Position numbers and translations under genes: made by a program. From a virus: a DNA stretch of 64,000 nt. The stretch spans positions 32,001-96,000 of the IMG/VR virus record IMGVR_UViG_3300044451_000434; one strand, 5' to 3'. Positions 29,125-40,100 of this stretch are shown here, in pieces; positions within the stretch are counted from its first letter, which is position 1, and each line of letters opens with the position of its first letter. A model generated the notes under the pieces. It made no database searches, was not told the DNA's origin, and worked only from the letters and a program-made list of their open reading frames with translations.

Positions 29125-32100
29125 TCATGTGCTGATCATCGTCAGTCCAGGGAGGGTTTCTCGAGCGTCATGGATAATCCCAAGAGTTCCATTAGAAAGA
29201 TTTTCCACAACCTGTCCAAAAGAATCCACCCTAACAATCCTACCAGCACTTGAACCTATAGCGCTTTCAGCCACAAGAAAAAGACCATCAGCAGTCACGG
29301 AAACATCAGAGGCGTACAGTCCATCAGGACATGTGTACTGAAATGCCCTAGTTCCATCAGACTCGTTCACCACGACTACCCTACCCCTGTAACTCGCGTG
29401 CTTGGCAAGTGCCTGACCGACGAATGCATCAACCTCCCAAAAGTTTATCGGAGGTTCCGTTCCTGACTCAAAATCCACACCAGAAAGCAAAAGTCTGCCA
29501 TCGTCAAATATAACAGCACTGCCAAGAGTAAAATCAGAAACAGCAAAACTTGTGGCTCCACCAAACGCAAAAACTCCAGCCCAATCTGACTTTCTCAATT
29601 TGACAACGGTAGGTACAGTAGGCTGCTGACCTTCTTCTTCATCATCTACCTCCTCTTCAATAACCGTAATTCTCAATTGTATATCAGAAGGAGAAAAATT
29701 AGTCTCAACAAGAGTGCCATTGTCCTCCTGCTCAATACGAACCCGCAAATTTAGAAGATAGGTCGTTCCGACCATCGCTTGGGCGTTCGCACCTGAGGTT
29801 ATGGTCAATATGGAACTAAAAGCACGATCTTGTTTTACTTTGACAGTCCCAGAAAAAGCCGGAGTGCCCTGGAGCACAGGGGGGATGTGTCCGGGTTTTT
29901 CTGGATCATTGATGAAAGAAACTACGTATGGATTTCCATTAGGGTCTATTGATTGATCATCTGGGAATCGATATAAAACTCTAAATTCGAGACCATCACC
30001 TTCGGCAGCTATGTTGAGAAAATATTCGTCTGAGTCTGGACGCAAACCAGCACGTATCCTGTCAAAATTAATTGTACTGTTGCAAACTAACCAATAATCT
30101 CCAGCATCCTCAGCAGATACAGGATGGTACACTGAATTTAGGTAGGTGAAATCACCCACAAACAACCTAAGACCATTGAGTGTGTAATTTGCGGCAAGCA
30201 GACTAGAATTAGTATACGATGTTCTACCAACTACAGAAGGTTCCAATCTGCAGAAAATTTGCAAACCTGCGTCTCTTCCCTGGGTGGCAAGGAGCACTTT
30301 GTCGGTGGACAATTTTATCTGAAACACATTAGGTGGTCTACCATCAGTTATCACCTCATCAAGAGCATTTCCTTTAACCGAGGTTGATCCAATCACAAGT
30401 GTGAACTTACTCTTGTCTGCATTTGCTGCAAAAATTACATCGTCAGAAAAAACCATTTGTAAAATTCTAGTGAAGGGATTCAGAACAGCACACAATGGAA
30501 CAAACTGGCCTCCAGTTGGAAGAGGCTCTGCATTGCCGACGCCCCTAACGAATTTTGCGTCTCTAGATATCTGAAGAACTCTGTTATTGTATGTATCAGA
30601 AACTAAATAACTCTTATCTGAAACTCGTGATATTGAACTGACTTGGTCGAATCCAATAGTAGGCAATCCATTTGCAGACAAGACGCTAGATGGTCTTGAA
30701 GACTGAGAAGGAGATATGGGAAGATCAGCACCCATATATCCAAATTCTGAGAAAAGACTATCATCAAGTTGCTGTATAGAGTCGTTTGAAGCATAAAAAA
30801 TCTTTTTAATTTCTAGCGGAGGCTTAATTCGCACGCTAGCAAGACCAGAATTGGAATCAACAATTTCTGCATTACTCAATGTGCATAAAGACCATTGATC
30901 TCTGCGAGAAAAAACAAATCCAGATTCATTCCCAGTAGTTTTGATCAATATAGAAAAATCTTTGAATAATGGGGCTTCAGATCGATCACTATTTGCCCTC
31001 AAAGACACCTCAATATCCACTATCGTTGCAGAAACATTCAATAATTCTCCCGTTGGCGGAAGAGGCCCTTCGAAAAGCGCAGCATCCACATCTGCAAATG
31101 AATTCCCGTATCTGTATCGCAATTCAATAGCAGAAGTTGGGGGTATATTACTAGAATTCCATTCTATTGCCTGAATAATAAATGGGGAGTTTGCCACATA
31201 TCTGTAGCGTGCAAAGCCTGCTGCTTTAAAAATAACCTCAGTAGCACTCGCAGTGGATGTTCGCACATCGTCTATGTTGAAAGAAAAATCAACCGATCCA
31301 TCTTCTACCTCAAATACCATGGAAGTTATTGATTCGCGCTCAAATGGCGTGAGATTGTATTCAATCAACTTGAAGTTATCCATAGCGGGGTCTGAATTGG
31401 TGGTGATCTCATTTGCAGTGAGAACTATTGCTTTTGCAGTAGTGGTAGCAGTGGTATCTGTCGTGCCTTGGTTGATCAGGTAAAAAGAAACTACAGGGTG
31501 AACATCTGCTATGCACCTGATGTACATGAACAACTTGTTAAAATTACTCCAGTTGCTATTGCTTGATATTATTTTACGGAATATGACTTTGTTTTTCACC
31601 CCAGATCGCAATTTAACTGACTTAACTCCATCGGTTTGCACAGAAACATCACCACTGATACCAACAGTGCTTCCGATATTATCAACCGCAAAAGAAAAAC
31701 CAGGAACTCCAGAATCAGCGCCATTTTCAAAACTATCAGCAAACAAAACAGTCTCTTCATTTATTGTTGATGCAAGCGTGATCCCCGTATTTTCGCCAGA
31801 TAGGACAAATATGTTTTGGTGGGCGTAGTGAGACTTCAATTCATCTTCAGTGTCAAATCTGATGATGCTTATGGTACCTGCGGTCTGCTTTTTGCCTGCT
31901 ATACATCCGCTATTAGGTGAATAAACTGCGGTTGTGGCTCCGAAATCCACAATACTGTCAGTGGATGTGCCAGGAACATAAGTTATCGTGTTGACATGGT
32001 AATCAGCATGATTGGGATGAGATTTTCTGAAAGCAATATTCTGATGGAGTTGATTGACAGCAGTGACCTCACCAAGCAACACTCTGTCTGAAGTTTGTAG

Positions 32101-32793
32101 AGACCTAGCCAGAGATTCAAGCCCAGCATGACTGAGTGTTCCTGCATTCTTTAATTCAGAATGTTTCATCCTTGGCATGCGCTCATATGCTATCTGACCA
32201 GACGCTATCTGCTCAGCATCTAAGTCACCCACCCTAGCCCCTGGAAGAAAATTCTTAACCTCTCTGAGGAGATCTATTCTTGAAGGTGAGCCGCGATGCT
32301 TATGCTTGGCTATTTCAGAAAGCACGAGAGATCGAAATGATATTTGCTGCTTGACGGAATTATCAATCTGATTGATGACGCCTGCCCCAGATGTGACCTT
32401 AGCAAGCCTGATGGCATTTGGCAGACTGTATATGGGAGACCAAAATATTGAACCATTGCTTGGACCAAAGCCTGGAACAACTCGGAGGAAAACATAAACA
32501 GTGTCATCTGAAGGCAATCCAGAAAGTTGGGCAGGGCTGTCTATGTATAAGGCTCTACCTTGGGCAAAAGCCACACCAGGAGACACATACACATTCGTAC
32601 CACCCTGAGAACTGATTGCTGTGGTAACAGACATTCCTGAAACCACACCGTTCCCAAAAAGGGAGTACATGCCAAAGATTTGTCTATCAATCGTTAGGAA
32701 TCTTTCCTGCTCCAAACGCACGCTTACAGCCGCGTCTAGCCTGTCGCGGAAGTCAAAGTATCCCAAACCGTAATAGGGCGTCCGACCTGCCAC
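29125..32793 (-). CDS. Tail fibre/baseplate-associated protein (1222 aa; anchor domain, HxH, CBM-like domain, NHL-like propeller)
   Basis: N-terminal GNGVVSGMSV...VYVSPGVAFAQG anchor domain, KHKH, LDAEQIASGQIAYERMP, CBM-like NWSNFNKLFMYIR...FNIDDVR, NHL-like YLVSDTYNNRVLQIS. Confidence 0.65.
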   Translation of the reverse strand: MAGRTPYYGLGYFDFRDRLDAAVSVRLEQERFLTIDRQIFGMYSLFGNGVVSGMSVTTAISSQGGTNVYVSPGVAFAQGRALYIDSPAQLSGLPSDDTVYVFLRVVPGFGPSNGSIFWSPIYSLPNAIRLAKVTSGAGVINQIDNSVKQQISFRSLVLSEIAKHKHRGSPSRIDLLREVKNFLPGARVGDLDAEQIASGQIAYERMPRMKHSELKNAGTLSHAGLESLARSLQTSDRVLLGEVTAVNQLHQNIAFRKSHPNHADYHVNTITYVPGTSTDSIVDFGATTAVYSPNSGCIAGKKQTAGTISIIRFDTEDELKSHYAHQNIFVLSGENTGITLASTINEETVLFADSFENGADSGVPGFSFAVDNIGSTVGISGDVSVQTDGVKSVKLRSGVKNKVIFRKIISSNSNWSNFNKLFMYIRCIADVHPVVSFYLINQGTTDTTATTTAKAIVLTANEITTNSDPAMDNFKLIEYNLTPFERESITSMVFEVEDGSVDFSFNIDDVRTSTASATEVIFKAAGFARYRYVANSPFIIQAIEWNSSNIPPTSAIELRYRYGNSFADVDAALFEGPLPPTGELLNVSATIVDIEVSLRANSDRSEAPLFKDFSILIKTTGNESGFVFSRRDQWSLCTLSNAEIVDSNSGLASVRIKPPLEIKKIFYASNDSIQQLDDSLFSEFGYMGADLPISPSQSSRPSSVLSANGLPTIGFDQVSSISRVSDKSYLVSDTYNNRVLQISRDAKFVRGVGNAEPLPTGGQFVPLCAVLNPFTRILQMVFSDDVIFAANADKSKFTLVIGSTSVKGNALDEVITDGRPPNVFQIKLSTDKVLLATQGRDAGLQIFCRLEPSVVGRTSYTNSSLLAANYTLNGLRLFVGDFTYLNSVYHPVSAEDAGDYWLVCNSTINFDRIRAGLRPDSDEYFLNIAAEGDGLEFRVLYRFPDDQSIDPNGNPYVVSFINDPEKPGHIPPVLQGTPAFSGTVKVKQDRAFSSILTITSGANAQAMVGTTYLLNLRVRIEQEDNGTLVETNFSPSDIQLRITVIEEEVDDEEEGQQPTVPTVVKLRKSDWAGVFAFGGATSFAVSDFTLGSAVIFDDGRLLLSGVDFESGTEPPINFWEVDAFVGQALAKHASYRGRVVVVNESDGTRAFQYTCPDGLYASDVSVTADGLFLVAESAIGSSAGRIVRVDSFGQVVENLSNGTLGIIHDARETLPGLTMIST

Positions 32794-32795
32794 TT

Positions 32796-33002
32796 TTACC
32801 TCGACACGGTGCCGTTTCTAACTCCAATCCTTGCCTCGCCTGCCGAATTTATGGAAGACAGCGGAGTCAGGCTAGTTCCTAGCGTTCCTTCTAACTCTCT
32901 CTGAGCAGCATCATTTCCTTGAGTCTTCCCCAATTCTTCTAGAATTACAGCACGTATAGTCTGCATCATATACCTGCCTGCGTCATTAATTTTTTCATTC
33001 AT
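32796..33002 (-). CDS. Small hypothetical tail-tip protein (68 aa)
   Basis: Strong SD GAGGAG upstream; fills the gap between hub and fibre genes. Confidence 0.65.
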   Translation of the reverse strand: MNEKINDAGRYMMQTIRAVILEELGKTQGNDAAQRELEGTLGTSLTPLSSINSAGEARIGVRNGTVSR

Positions 33003-33053
33003 GATTGTCTCCTCGATTGTTTCACTTTTTTTAGACTATAACCTACAAAGTTT

Positions 33054-36000
33054 TTAAGTTGTAGTACCACCAACTTGGTTACCTGTCGAATTACTAACAG
33101 ATCCGTCAGTATTAACCGTCCAAAGGGCAGAGCCATTCAATTTGACTGTCTCTCCAGGTATGAAGTAGAGGCCGGTTACCGTTGTTTCCCACTTGTTATC
33201 AGCAGCAACAATATCATTTTTAATCTCACCAATTAATAATTTGGTTGGCCCAGCGGAACCGAACCCATTGAATTCGATTATCTGCATAGGACGCAGCCCA
33301 GTCCTTCCTGGAACAGTAAATGTAATCTCTACTGGAGCATTAAACATCTTTGAATATCTTGATAACTGTCCTTCCAGGGTATCTTTGGAACCAAAAACAG
33401 CTTGAGCTTGGAAGAACATCTTTTTATAACCTATGAAGCTTGGACTAGCTGGATCAACTATAGAACTTTTATTTAGATGACCAGCAATCATCTTAGACAT
33501 ATTGGGAGTAGAAGATATCAAGCGTATTTCATTAACAACATCCTTGGTCATGCGCTTGAAAGAATAACTGCCCCCACTGACAACATTCCACCATTTATAA
33601 TTAGATCCGGCAATCGGAGAATTAGCATTTGCGGTCGATTCACCGCTTGCTCCAGAAATATCTGACGGAGTCTCTGCAGACGCTTGAGCAGGGGAACCCG
33701 AGCCCCCCGATGCTCCCAATCTCAACCTTGAGTCACGAGGAGACCAACTAAAGTAGTCAACTGGCTTCAACTGTGGAAACCCCTGAGTTTGTTGAGTAGA
33801 TCTGTCAATCTGCTGCATCTCAGCCTCATCAACAGGTATGTCAAAGTGAAATACGCCGTTGGCATCAAAAAACATTGTTTTTCCCATCATTTTTGCCCAA
33901 GTTTCTAATATACCTATATAGGCGTCTGACACCTTGGGTTTAAACATCGGAGAATTGAGAGTTGCATATTTACCTGGAAGGACATTATCGTTCCATATTA
34001 TTTGCTCATCTCCAAACTGCACAACCAAATAATCACTTTGTGGCTTGATGGATGCCAACTCTTTTATTAGCCTTCCTGGGTCTGTTAGAGATGCACTAGA
34101 CCCAGCGCGTGAGCCACCACTTGCGCTATCGTTACCGTTTTCAGATGAAGAATTACCTCCACCAAGTTTAAATCCCGCTTGGCATATTACATCAAGAACT
34201 GCGTTGTAATCTCGCATAGCATCATAGTATGGAGCATTCAACCACCGCATGTGCTCAAGAACCATGAAGTAATCTCGCAAATTACAGGTCATTATAATCT
34301 TGGTTGCCTCAGTCTGAAAACTTACATCATTACATATACCTGTAAACATGGCTCTTCTTGACTTTTTACCTGCACTAGATGCAAGAGTGGTGTACATTGA
34401 TCCATCAAAATACCCCGCCCCTTCACGCCACGCATAAACAGTGATGTAGAAATAGCGATCTTGCAAAGAAGCCAAGTAATCACTCTTGTCTGCTTGGCTG
34501 CTGTTTGTGTCCTGTCCTCCAACGCTACTATCAACAGGATACTGCTCACCAGTGACAGAAACTGGCTTTATTGTTTCGAAGTTGCCCTGAGCCTCACCCT
34601 TTGTAAGATACAGCTTCATGGTTCCTTGGTGGTTAATGCGATATCGTTCATTTCGTGTCCAATTCTCTTGAAAATCGATAACATGATTTGTTATATCAAC
34701 AGGCTCTGAAATCCACCTGTCTGATTCATCTTCTTTAATGAATACAGTAAAACTTGTACACAATGGTCTGAAACAGTTTTCTAAAATATATGGCTCGGAG
34801 CCACCTAACAATGCCAAAGATCCAGCATTTAATGTTATTGACGGCGTGATGTTTATTGAACTTGGATTATTTGGGTTTGCAGAATCTTTATAGCTAGCTT
34901 TTATGACTGAAGGTCTATCAACCTTAAAGCCTGCGTATGAAGATGCGTCAGAGGATGCTGCTCCATAGGTGTCTCCGGAAATGGTCTTGCGAACATCTAA
35001 AGAAAACTTGTCAGAAGAAAACTTTTGGGAATTACCACCTATAATCTCTTCGATTTCTAAACAGGACTGAAACCAATAAGCGGGCTCCTCTCCAGAGAAT
35101 CCCACAGCAGTACCATTCTCAATATCTTCAGCGTTCTTTGTGGCGTCTCGAGAACCCTTTGCCCTAAGCAGGATGCTCAAAGCCAGCTTGTCATATTGCG
35201 GATTTAACAATGCAACTGACGATGACTGCGCGCTAGGCTTTTCACGTGGCGGGATGGCTATGTCAAGAACAGTTACGGGAAACTGGGTAGTCACGCTTAC
35301 AGAAGGTACATACTGCAGTGGGCTAAAGTTGAATGCACCACGGTAATTTCCCATATGAACCCTAATCTTGCCAGACAACTTGATGGGAGAAAAATACTGA
35401 TTGTTTCCAGACTTGTTTTCTGAATCTAGAGCTTGAAGCTGACTCTCTGTTAACATTTGCTTTCTTGCCATTTCTCGTATGCTTTCTGGCCATCTGTTTC
35501 TTTCTATTACTAGAGGCTCACTGCCATCGATTGATATCTGTAAACGACCAAAATAATGCTGCACACTTATTTCGAATGCATCCATTTTGAGAATAGACGC
35601 ACCGCTTTTTTTCATAGTTGCAAGCAATCGAGAATGATTTCTATCTCCACGTAAAACCGTAGTTTGCTGAGCGCTGTTTCCAGTCAGAGCAGAAACCCAT
35701 TCAGGATCTCTAGTCACCTCATATACAGAAACGTCTGATTCATTAGTTATGCATATAAAAAATCTGTTTTCTTCGCCACCGTCTACTTCAATAATAATGT
35801 ACGGCTGTTCAGCAAGATAGTTTTTTTCTGCATCAGACGGTATAACGAAACCCGGAGTAGTATTCTCTCCATTTTCCACAGCAGTCCTGCAGACAGGACG
35901 AGCCACTCCGAAATTTTTCTCAACTCTAGCAGCATCAGATATTGTGTTGTCTGGAACAACACTAGGAGACGAAGATGCGCTATATACGATATTCCCATCT

Positions 36001-37127
36001 GTGTCATCAGAGTCTATATAAAGAGGATCAAGGTAGCAATAATCATCTCTCATTAAAAAAGCGGCTGTAGCCACCTTTCTGCCATCTTCAGGAGCTTGAG
36101 AATTTACCTTGTCCAAGTTGACCTTCGGAAATTGCCCAGTCGTGTTGTGAAACCTGAAAGAAAAATCTAGACCAGCGAAAAGATCAGTGACCTTTTCATA
36201 ACTCACATGCATGCCAGGGTTCAAATTTTTATATGAATTTTTTCTAGGCACTGTAGTTCCTATGGGCTCTCCAATTGTCTGCGCACGACCGCCATTAAAA
36301 AGTTGAGAATCTGATATCTCTTCGCCTAGTTTCTCAAATAAATTACCTACAAAACTTGTCGTAAGTTGGACATATGGCAATTCAGAACCAAATTGCTGAT
36401 CTGCACTGACAGTAACCTCTTGACCGGGCATGCGTTTTTGACCCTTTTTTTTGGGCTCAGATATATTTCTCGTTCTGCTCACAGGCACCAAGTCTTCCAA
36501 GGGAGATTTTGCGTTTTCTCTTTGCTGACCAGATGAATTGACTAGTCCTTTTATCTTGTCCCTATCAATAAGATCAGTGAATAACCCAGGAACATGTCTA
36601 AACAATTGATGTATGAAAAAACTCTCATTTTCTGATCTTACACTATCTGCTATTTCATCAATGCCCTCGACATCTATACCAAGAGATGTTTGATTCGAAT
36701 TTGAAGTAAACTCTAGTGGGCTATTAGAAACCACTTCAGAAGTGGCTGTATCAAAAAGTGATGCACCCGATCGAGAAACAAACACCTTCTCAGCAAAACA
36801 AGTTGGCAAGCGACCATATTGAGCTCTTTTCAATGTAATGCCGACAGACGAACCCACATCTATAGCTTCAACATCATCTTTCTTGCTAGCGTTTAAGAAC
36901 TGAAGGTTGTTTTTTGTAAATAAAAATTCGTGTACTTGCCTGACGCGCTTTGAAAATGGACATCTGCCAGCCTCAAATAGCACCACCTGCATTTTGACAG
37001 TACCCAAGACCCCTATAGAGCCATGGCCACTACCATGCGCGCCATCAGCAAATGTAGCGCTTTTTAGAGTTGTGTCTTCGCCAAGATTACTGCGAAAGTT
37101 GGGCATCGAGGATAAACCTATCTCCAA
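33054..37127 (-). CDS. Tail-tip/baseplate hub protein (gp27/gpD/Tal-like; 1357 aa, alternative start ATG 37106)
   Basis: Hub-type motifs in canonical order: MFTGIC...IMTCNLRDY, TMFFDANGVFHF, VVNEIRL, ITFTVPGRTGLRPMQIIEF, WETTVTG. Second gene after the tape measure. Confidence 0.7.
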   Translation of the reverse strand: MEIGLSSMPNFRSNLGEDTTLKSATFADGAHGSGHGSIGVLGTVKMQVVLFEAGRCPFSKRVRQVHEFLFTKNNLQFLNASKKDDVEAIDVGSSVGITLKRAQYGRLPTCFAEKVFVSRSGASLFDTATSEVVSNSPLEFTSNSNQTSLGIDVEGIDEIADSVRSENESFFIHQLFRHVPGLFTDLIDRDKIKGLVNSSGQQRENAKSPLEDLVPVSRTRNISEPKKKGQKRMPGQEVTVSADQQFGSELPYVQLTTSFVGNLFEKLGEEISDSQLFNGGRAQTIGEPIGTTVPRKNSYKNLNPGMHVSYEKVTDLFAGLDFSFRFHNTTGQFPKVNLDKVNSQAPEDGRKVATAAFLMRDDYCYLDPLYIDSDDTDGNIVYSASSSPSVVPDNTISDAARVEKNFGVARPVCRTAVENGENTTPGFVIPSDAEKNYLAEQPYIIIEVDGGEENRFFICITNESDVSVYEVTRDPEWVSALTGNSAQQTTVLRGDRNHSRLLATMKKSGASILKMDAFEISVQHYFGRLQISIDGSEPLVIERNRWPESIREMARKQMLTESQLQALDSENKSGNNQYFSPIKLSGKIRVHMGNYRGAFNFSPLQYVPSVSVTTQFPVTVLDIAIPPREKPSAQSSSVALLNPQYDKLALSILLRAKGSRDATKNAEDIENGTAVGFSGEEPAYWFQSCLEIEEIIGGNSQKFSSDKFSLDVRKTISGDTYGAASSDASSYAGFKVDRPSVIKASYKDSANPNNPSSINITPSITLNAGSLALLGGSEPYILENCFRPLCTSFTVFIKEDESDRWISEPVDITNHVIDFQENWTRNERYRINHQGTMKLYLTKGEAQGNFETIKPVSVTGEQYPVDSSVGGQDTNSSQADKSDYLASLQDRYFYITVYAWREGAGYFDGSMYTTLASSAGKKSRRAMFTGICNDVSFQTEATKIIMTCNLRDYFMVLEHMRWLNAPYYDAMRDYNAVLDVICQAGFKLGGGNSSSENGNDSASGGSRAGSSASLTDPGRLIKELASIKPQSDYLVVQFGDEQIIWNDNVLPGKYATLNSPMFKPKVSDAYIGILETWAKMMGKTMFFDANGVFHFDIPVDEAEMQQIDRSTQQTQGFPQLKPVDYFSWSPRDSRLRLGASGGSGSPAQASAETPSDISGASGESTANANSPIAGSNYKWWNVVSGGSYSFKRMTKDVVNEIRLISSTPNMSKMIAGHLNKSSIVDPASPSFIGYKKMFFQAQAVFGSKDTLEGQLSRYSKMFNAPVEITFTVPGRTGLRPMQIIEFNGFGSAGPTKLLIGEIKNDIVAADNKWETTVTGLYFIPGETVKLNGSALWTVNTDGSVSNSTGNQVGGTTT

Positions 37128-40100
37128 TTAGGAATCCAGCACGCACAGATTCTTTAGCAGAATAGTATAGTCTAAATATACCATTTTGAAGGGGAACGAT
37201 TGTTGGCATAGATCCACCAAGGTCAACACCTAAATTCTGTTCAAGTTTACTTGGATCTCCCAAATATGTTTTGTCCAATCTTACAAACGACCTCTCCGTG
37301 AGAAGTTCTTCTGATATTTCAGATGGCAAAGGCCCTAAAATGTAAAATGGTCTCATGAATCTATGGTCTTCTGCGGAAAGCCAAGCAGTTGTGAATATTT
37401 TTGATGCCTCAGCAGACCTGTTCATTATGGAAACACAAGGAACACGTTGACCAAAAATACATCCTTCGATATTGTATGCTATCAAAACAAATTCTCCAAA
37501 TTTGTCCACGCACATCGTCAGATTGTCTAAGGGGAGTGTATCTCCCAAACTCGCAGAAACATTCTCAAAATTGTAAATGCTATCTGCGTCAGAGATTTTA
37601 TACTTTATTGGCCTGATTGGAAATGAATAGTCTCTGAAGGCCGGATTCCATGTTTTTCCACAATCAGAACTTACGAATGCATATGCAGAACCCTCATGTG
37701 TCATCATGCAGAAAAGACTTCCGTTGGGCATAACCTCAAACGCGTATGGTCCCATTGGATCAAAATCAAATCTACCCGATGTGCCAACACAAAGTTTGGG
37801 GTTTTCTACGAACGATGTGGATATTCTTGGATAGAAAGTTTTTTTGGACAATTCGCTCGACGAAATGCCAGAAGAACTTGTGAATTTCCTGCTTGTCAAG
37901 ATTCTAAAATTGGCTGCCTCTTCCTTGTATGCCGGGTTTTCTGCAAAATCAGCATAAACCACATGGCAAGGTGCTAGTCTAACTTTCATCATTCCAAGAT
38001 TTATATTAACATTATTTTGATTCTGAGAAAATCCATTAGTCTTGTATGGCTCTTCTGAAATTGAGTAAACATCTAAGCCGTCTGCATATCCAACCCTAAA
38101 CTTTTCTTTAGGCATCGACTTCGGCAATCGGCATAAATCAGTACTCATATCAGAGTCATCTATTCTCTTACACAGTAGCATGCCGTCTTTTTTAAACATA
38201 CAGTATGTGCAGGATAAATTATGATCTGATTTTACTACAATGTCGCTGAATGATTCGCCACTAAAGCCCTGCATCACATGCGTCATTAGATTCCAACGCA
38301 AATCGCCATCACAAGACATATAGCAACTCAATCCCATATCTTCATTCTGCGATGCGAAATACATACCATAACAGCCATATGAGTCTATGAATGGGGATGC
38401 ACTCGTCATTTCGGGATACCAAATGTCGGCCTTAGACTTTTCTATCCATCTCACCTTTACATTTGCAGTAATTGATCCAGAAATGGGAGACGAAGAAGAT
38501 ATGATTAAATTCATAGATGATCCGTAATGCGGACCACGTATTTTTACTGTACCTAAATCGTCAACCTTATACCAAAGCATCATCTTGCTGCCGCTTGGCG
38601 GATAGAAAGAAACCGAATCTGACAAAAATGAACCATCTATGCATGCAGAAATGAACATTTTCTTCAATTGTTCTTTAGATTGATTTTTTAAATAAATATC
38701 AATCCCGGCTATATAATAATTTGGGTTGGACGGAATTGATGCTGATGCTCCATCGCCACTGACTGAAAATAATATATTATAATCATTTTCAACAAAATTT
38801 GGCAAATTACTCGGCTGCTCACGGAATGCATCGGCTTCATTGACAACTGCCTTGAAGCCTGGATAAACGACTGGCACCATGTCAAAAGGAAAACCGAAAG
38901 CGGCTTTCGATCTTATTGGGTTGGCAAGGTCAGTGATTTTTTTATCTCGCCATATGACAGATTCATCATCAATACGCTCATTGATAAATGAACATGCCGA
39001 AGTAATCTTTTGAGTTTGTATCGAGTTGATGGGCATAAGCGCAAAGTTCTGATCATCCCTAACGGTCAAAACACCGAAACTGTTATTATAATTCATCGCA
39101 GAACGCATGCCTTCAAATAATGTTCCCGTTGTAAATACAAAAACCGCACCATTTGTCTCTTGTTGGCTGTTTAGATTCTCTATGGTTATCCTACTAGTCC
39201 TAGAAAGATTAATGTTTTTAATACTTCCAGCAGATCTGAGAAAATTTATTGATGCATTACCAGTTGTTATATCAATAGCAGCACTTCCCTGATTCACGTT
39301 TGGCATTGTTAAGATTATCCGAGTGTCAAACTCTGCTAGCGACAAATCTGGAAAGTCCGCATCTCCATATGAAGGAATCGTCCCACCAACTCTTATCTGC
39401 GTGCTAGAGTATGGCTCAAAAAAATCAAGCCTAGGTATGCCAATGCCGCCCCTTATGCCATTTGATTCGTATTTTGATGACTTCTGTATTGCTAGCGCAA
39501 GATCTTTGTGGTACGGTATCTTGAGGTCGTCTGGAAGACAACTGTTGCATGCTTCAGATATGTCAAAATACATGTCTCCTAAATACATTTCATCAATCAC
39601 AAATTCACTTATGTTTGCAAGATTTTTACTGTACCAATCAGTATTCAAAGAGCCTGGGGAAAAAAGTTTAAATGGCTCATCCCACGGAGACATAATATAT
39701 ATACCAGTCTTATCTCCAAAAAAAAAGCCTTTTGGAAAATTAAATTTTCTTAGTGTTGGTAGTCTTGTATATATCCGTGATATACGCGGCAATTCAACAG
39801 ATATTGGAGATCCCACAATGTCAATGTTAAGGTCTGCTGAATCAGTTGAACCACCGGGGGGGTCAAGCGGATTTCCAAAGTTAGGACGACCTATGCCAAT
39901 ATTTATCGATTGTCTCACCCTGTCGCAAATCTCTTTAAATTTTTCATCTGATGAAATATAAGATTCATATGAACTTGATCCAATTTCAACACACTTAAGA
40001 TAAGCAAGATAAGAAAAAGACCTCAATTCAACTCCGGCGCTAGATAAACTAGGCAGCCTGCCATAATAATTGGAAGTAAAATCTCCTTGTAAAGATCTCC

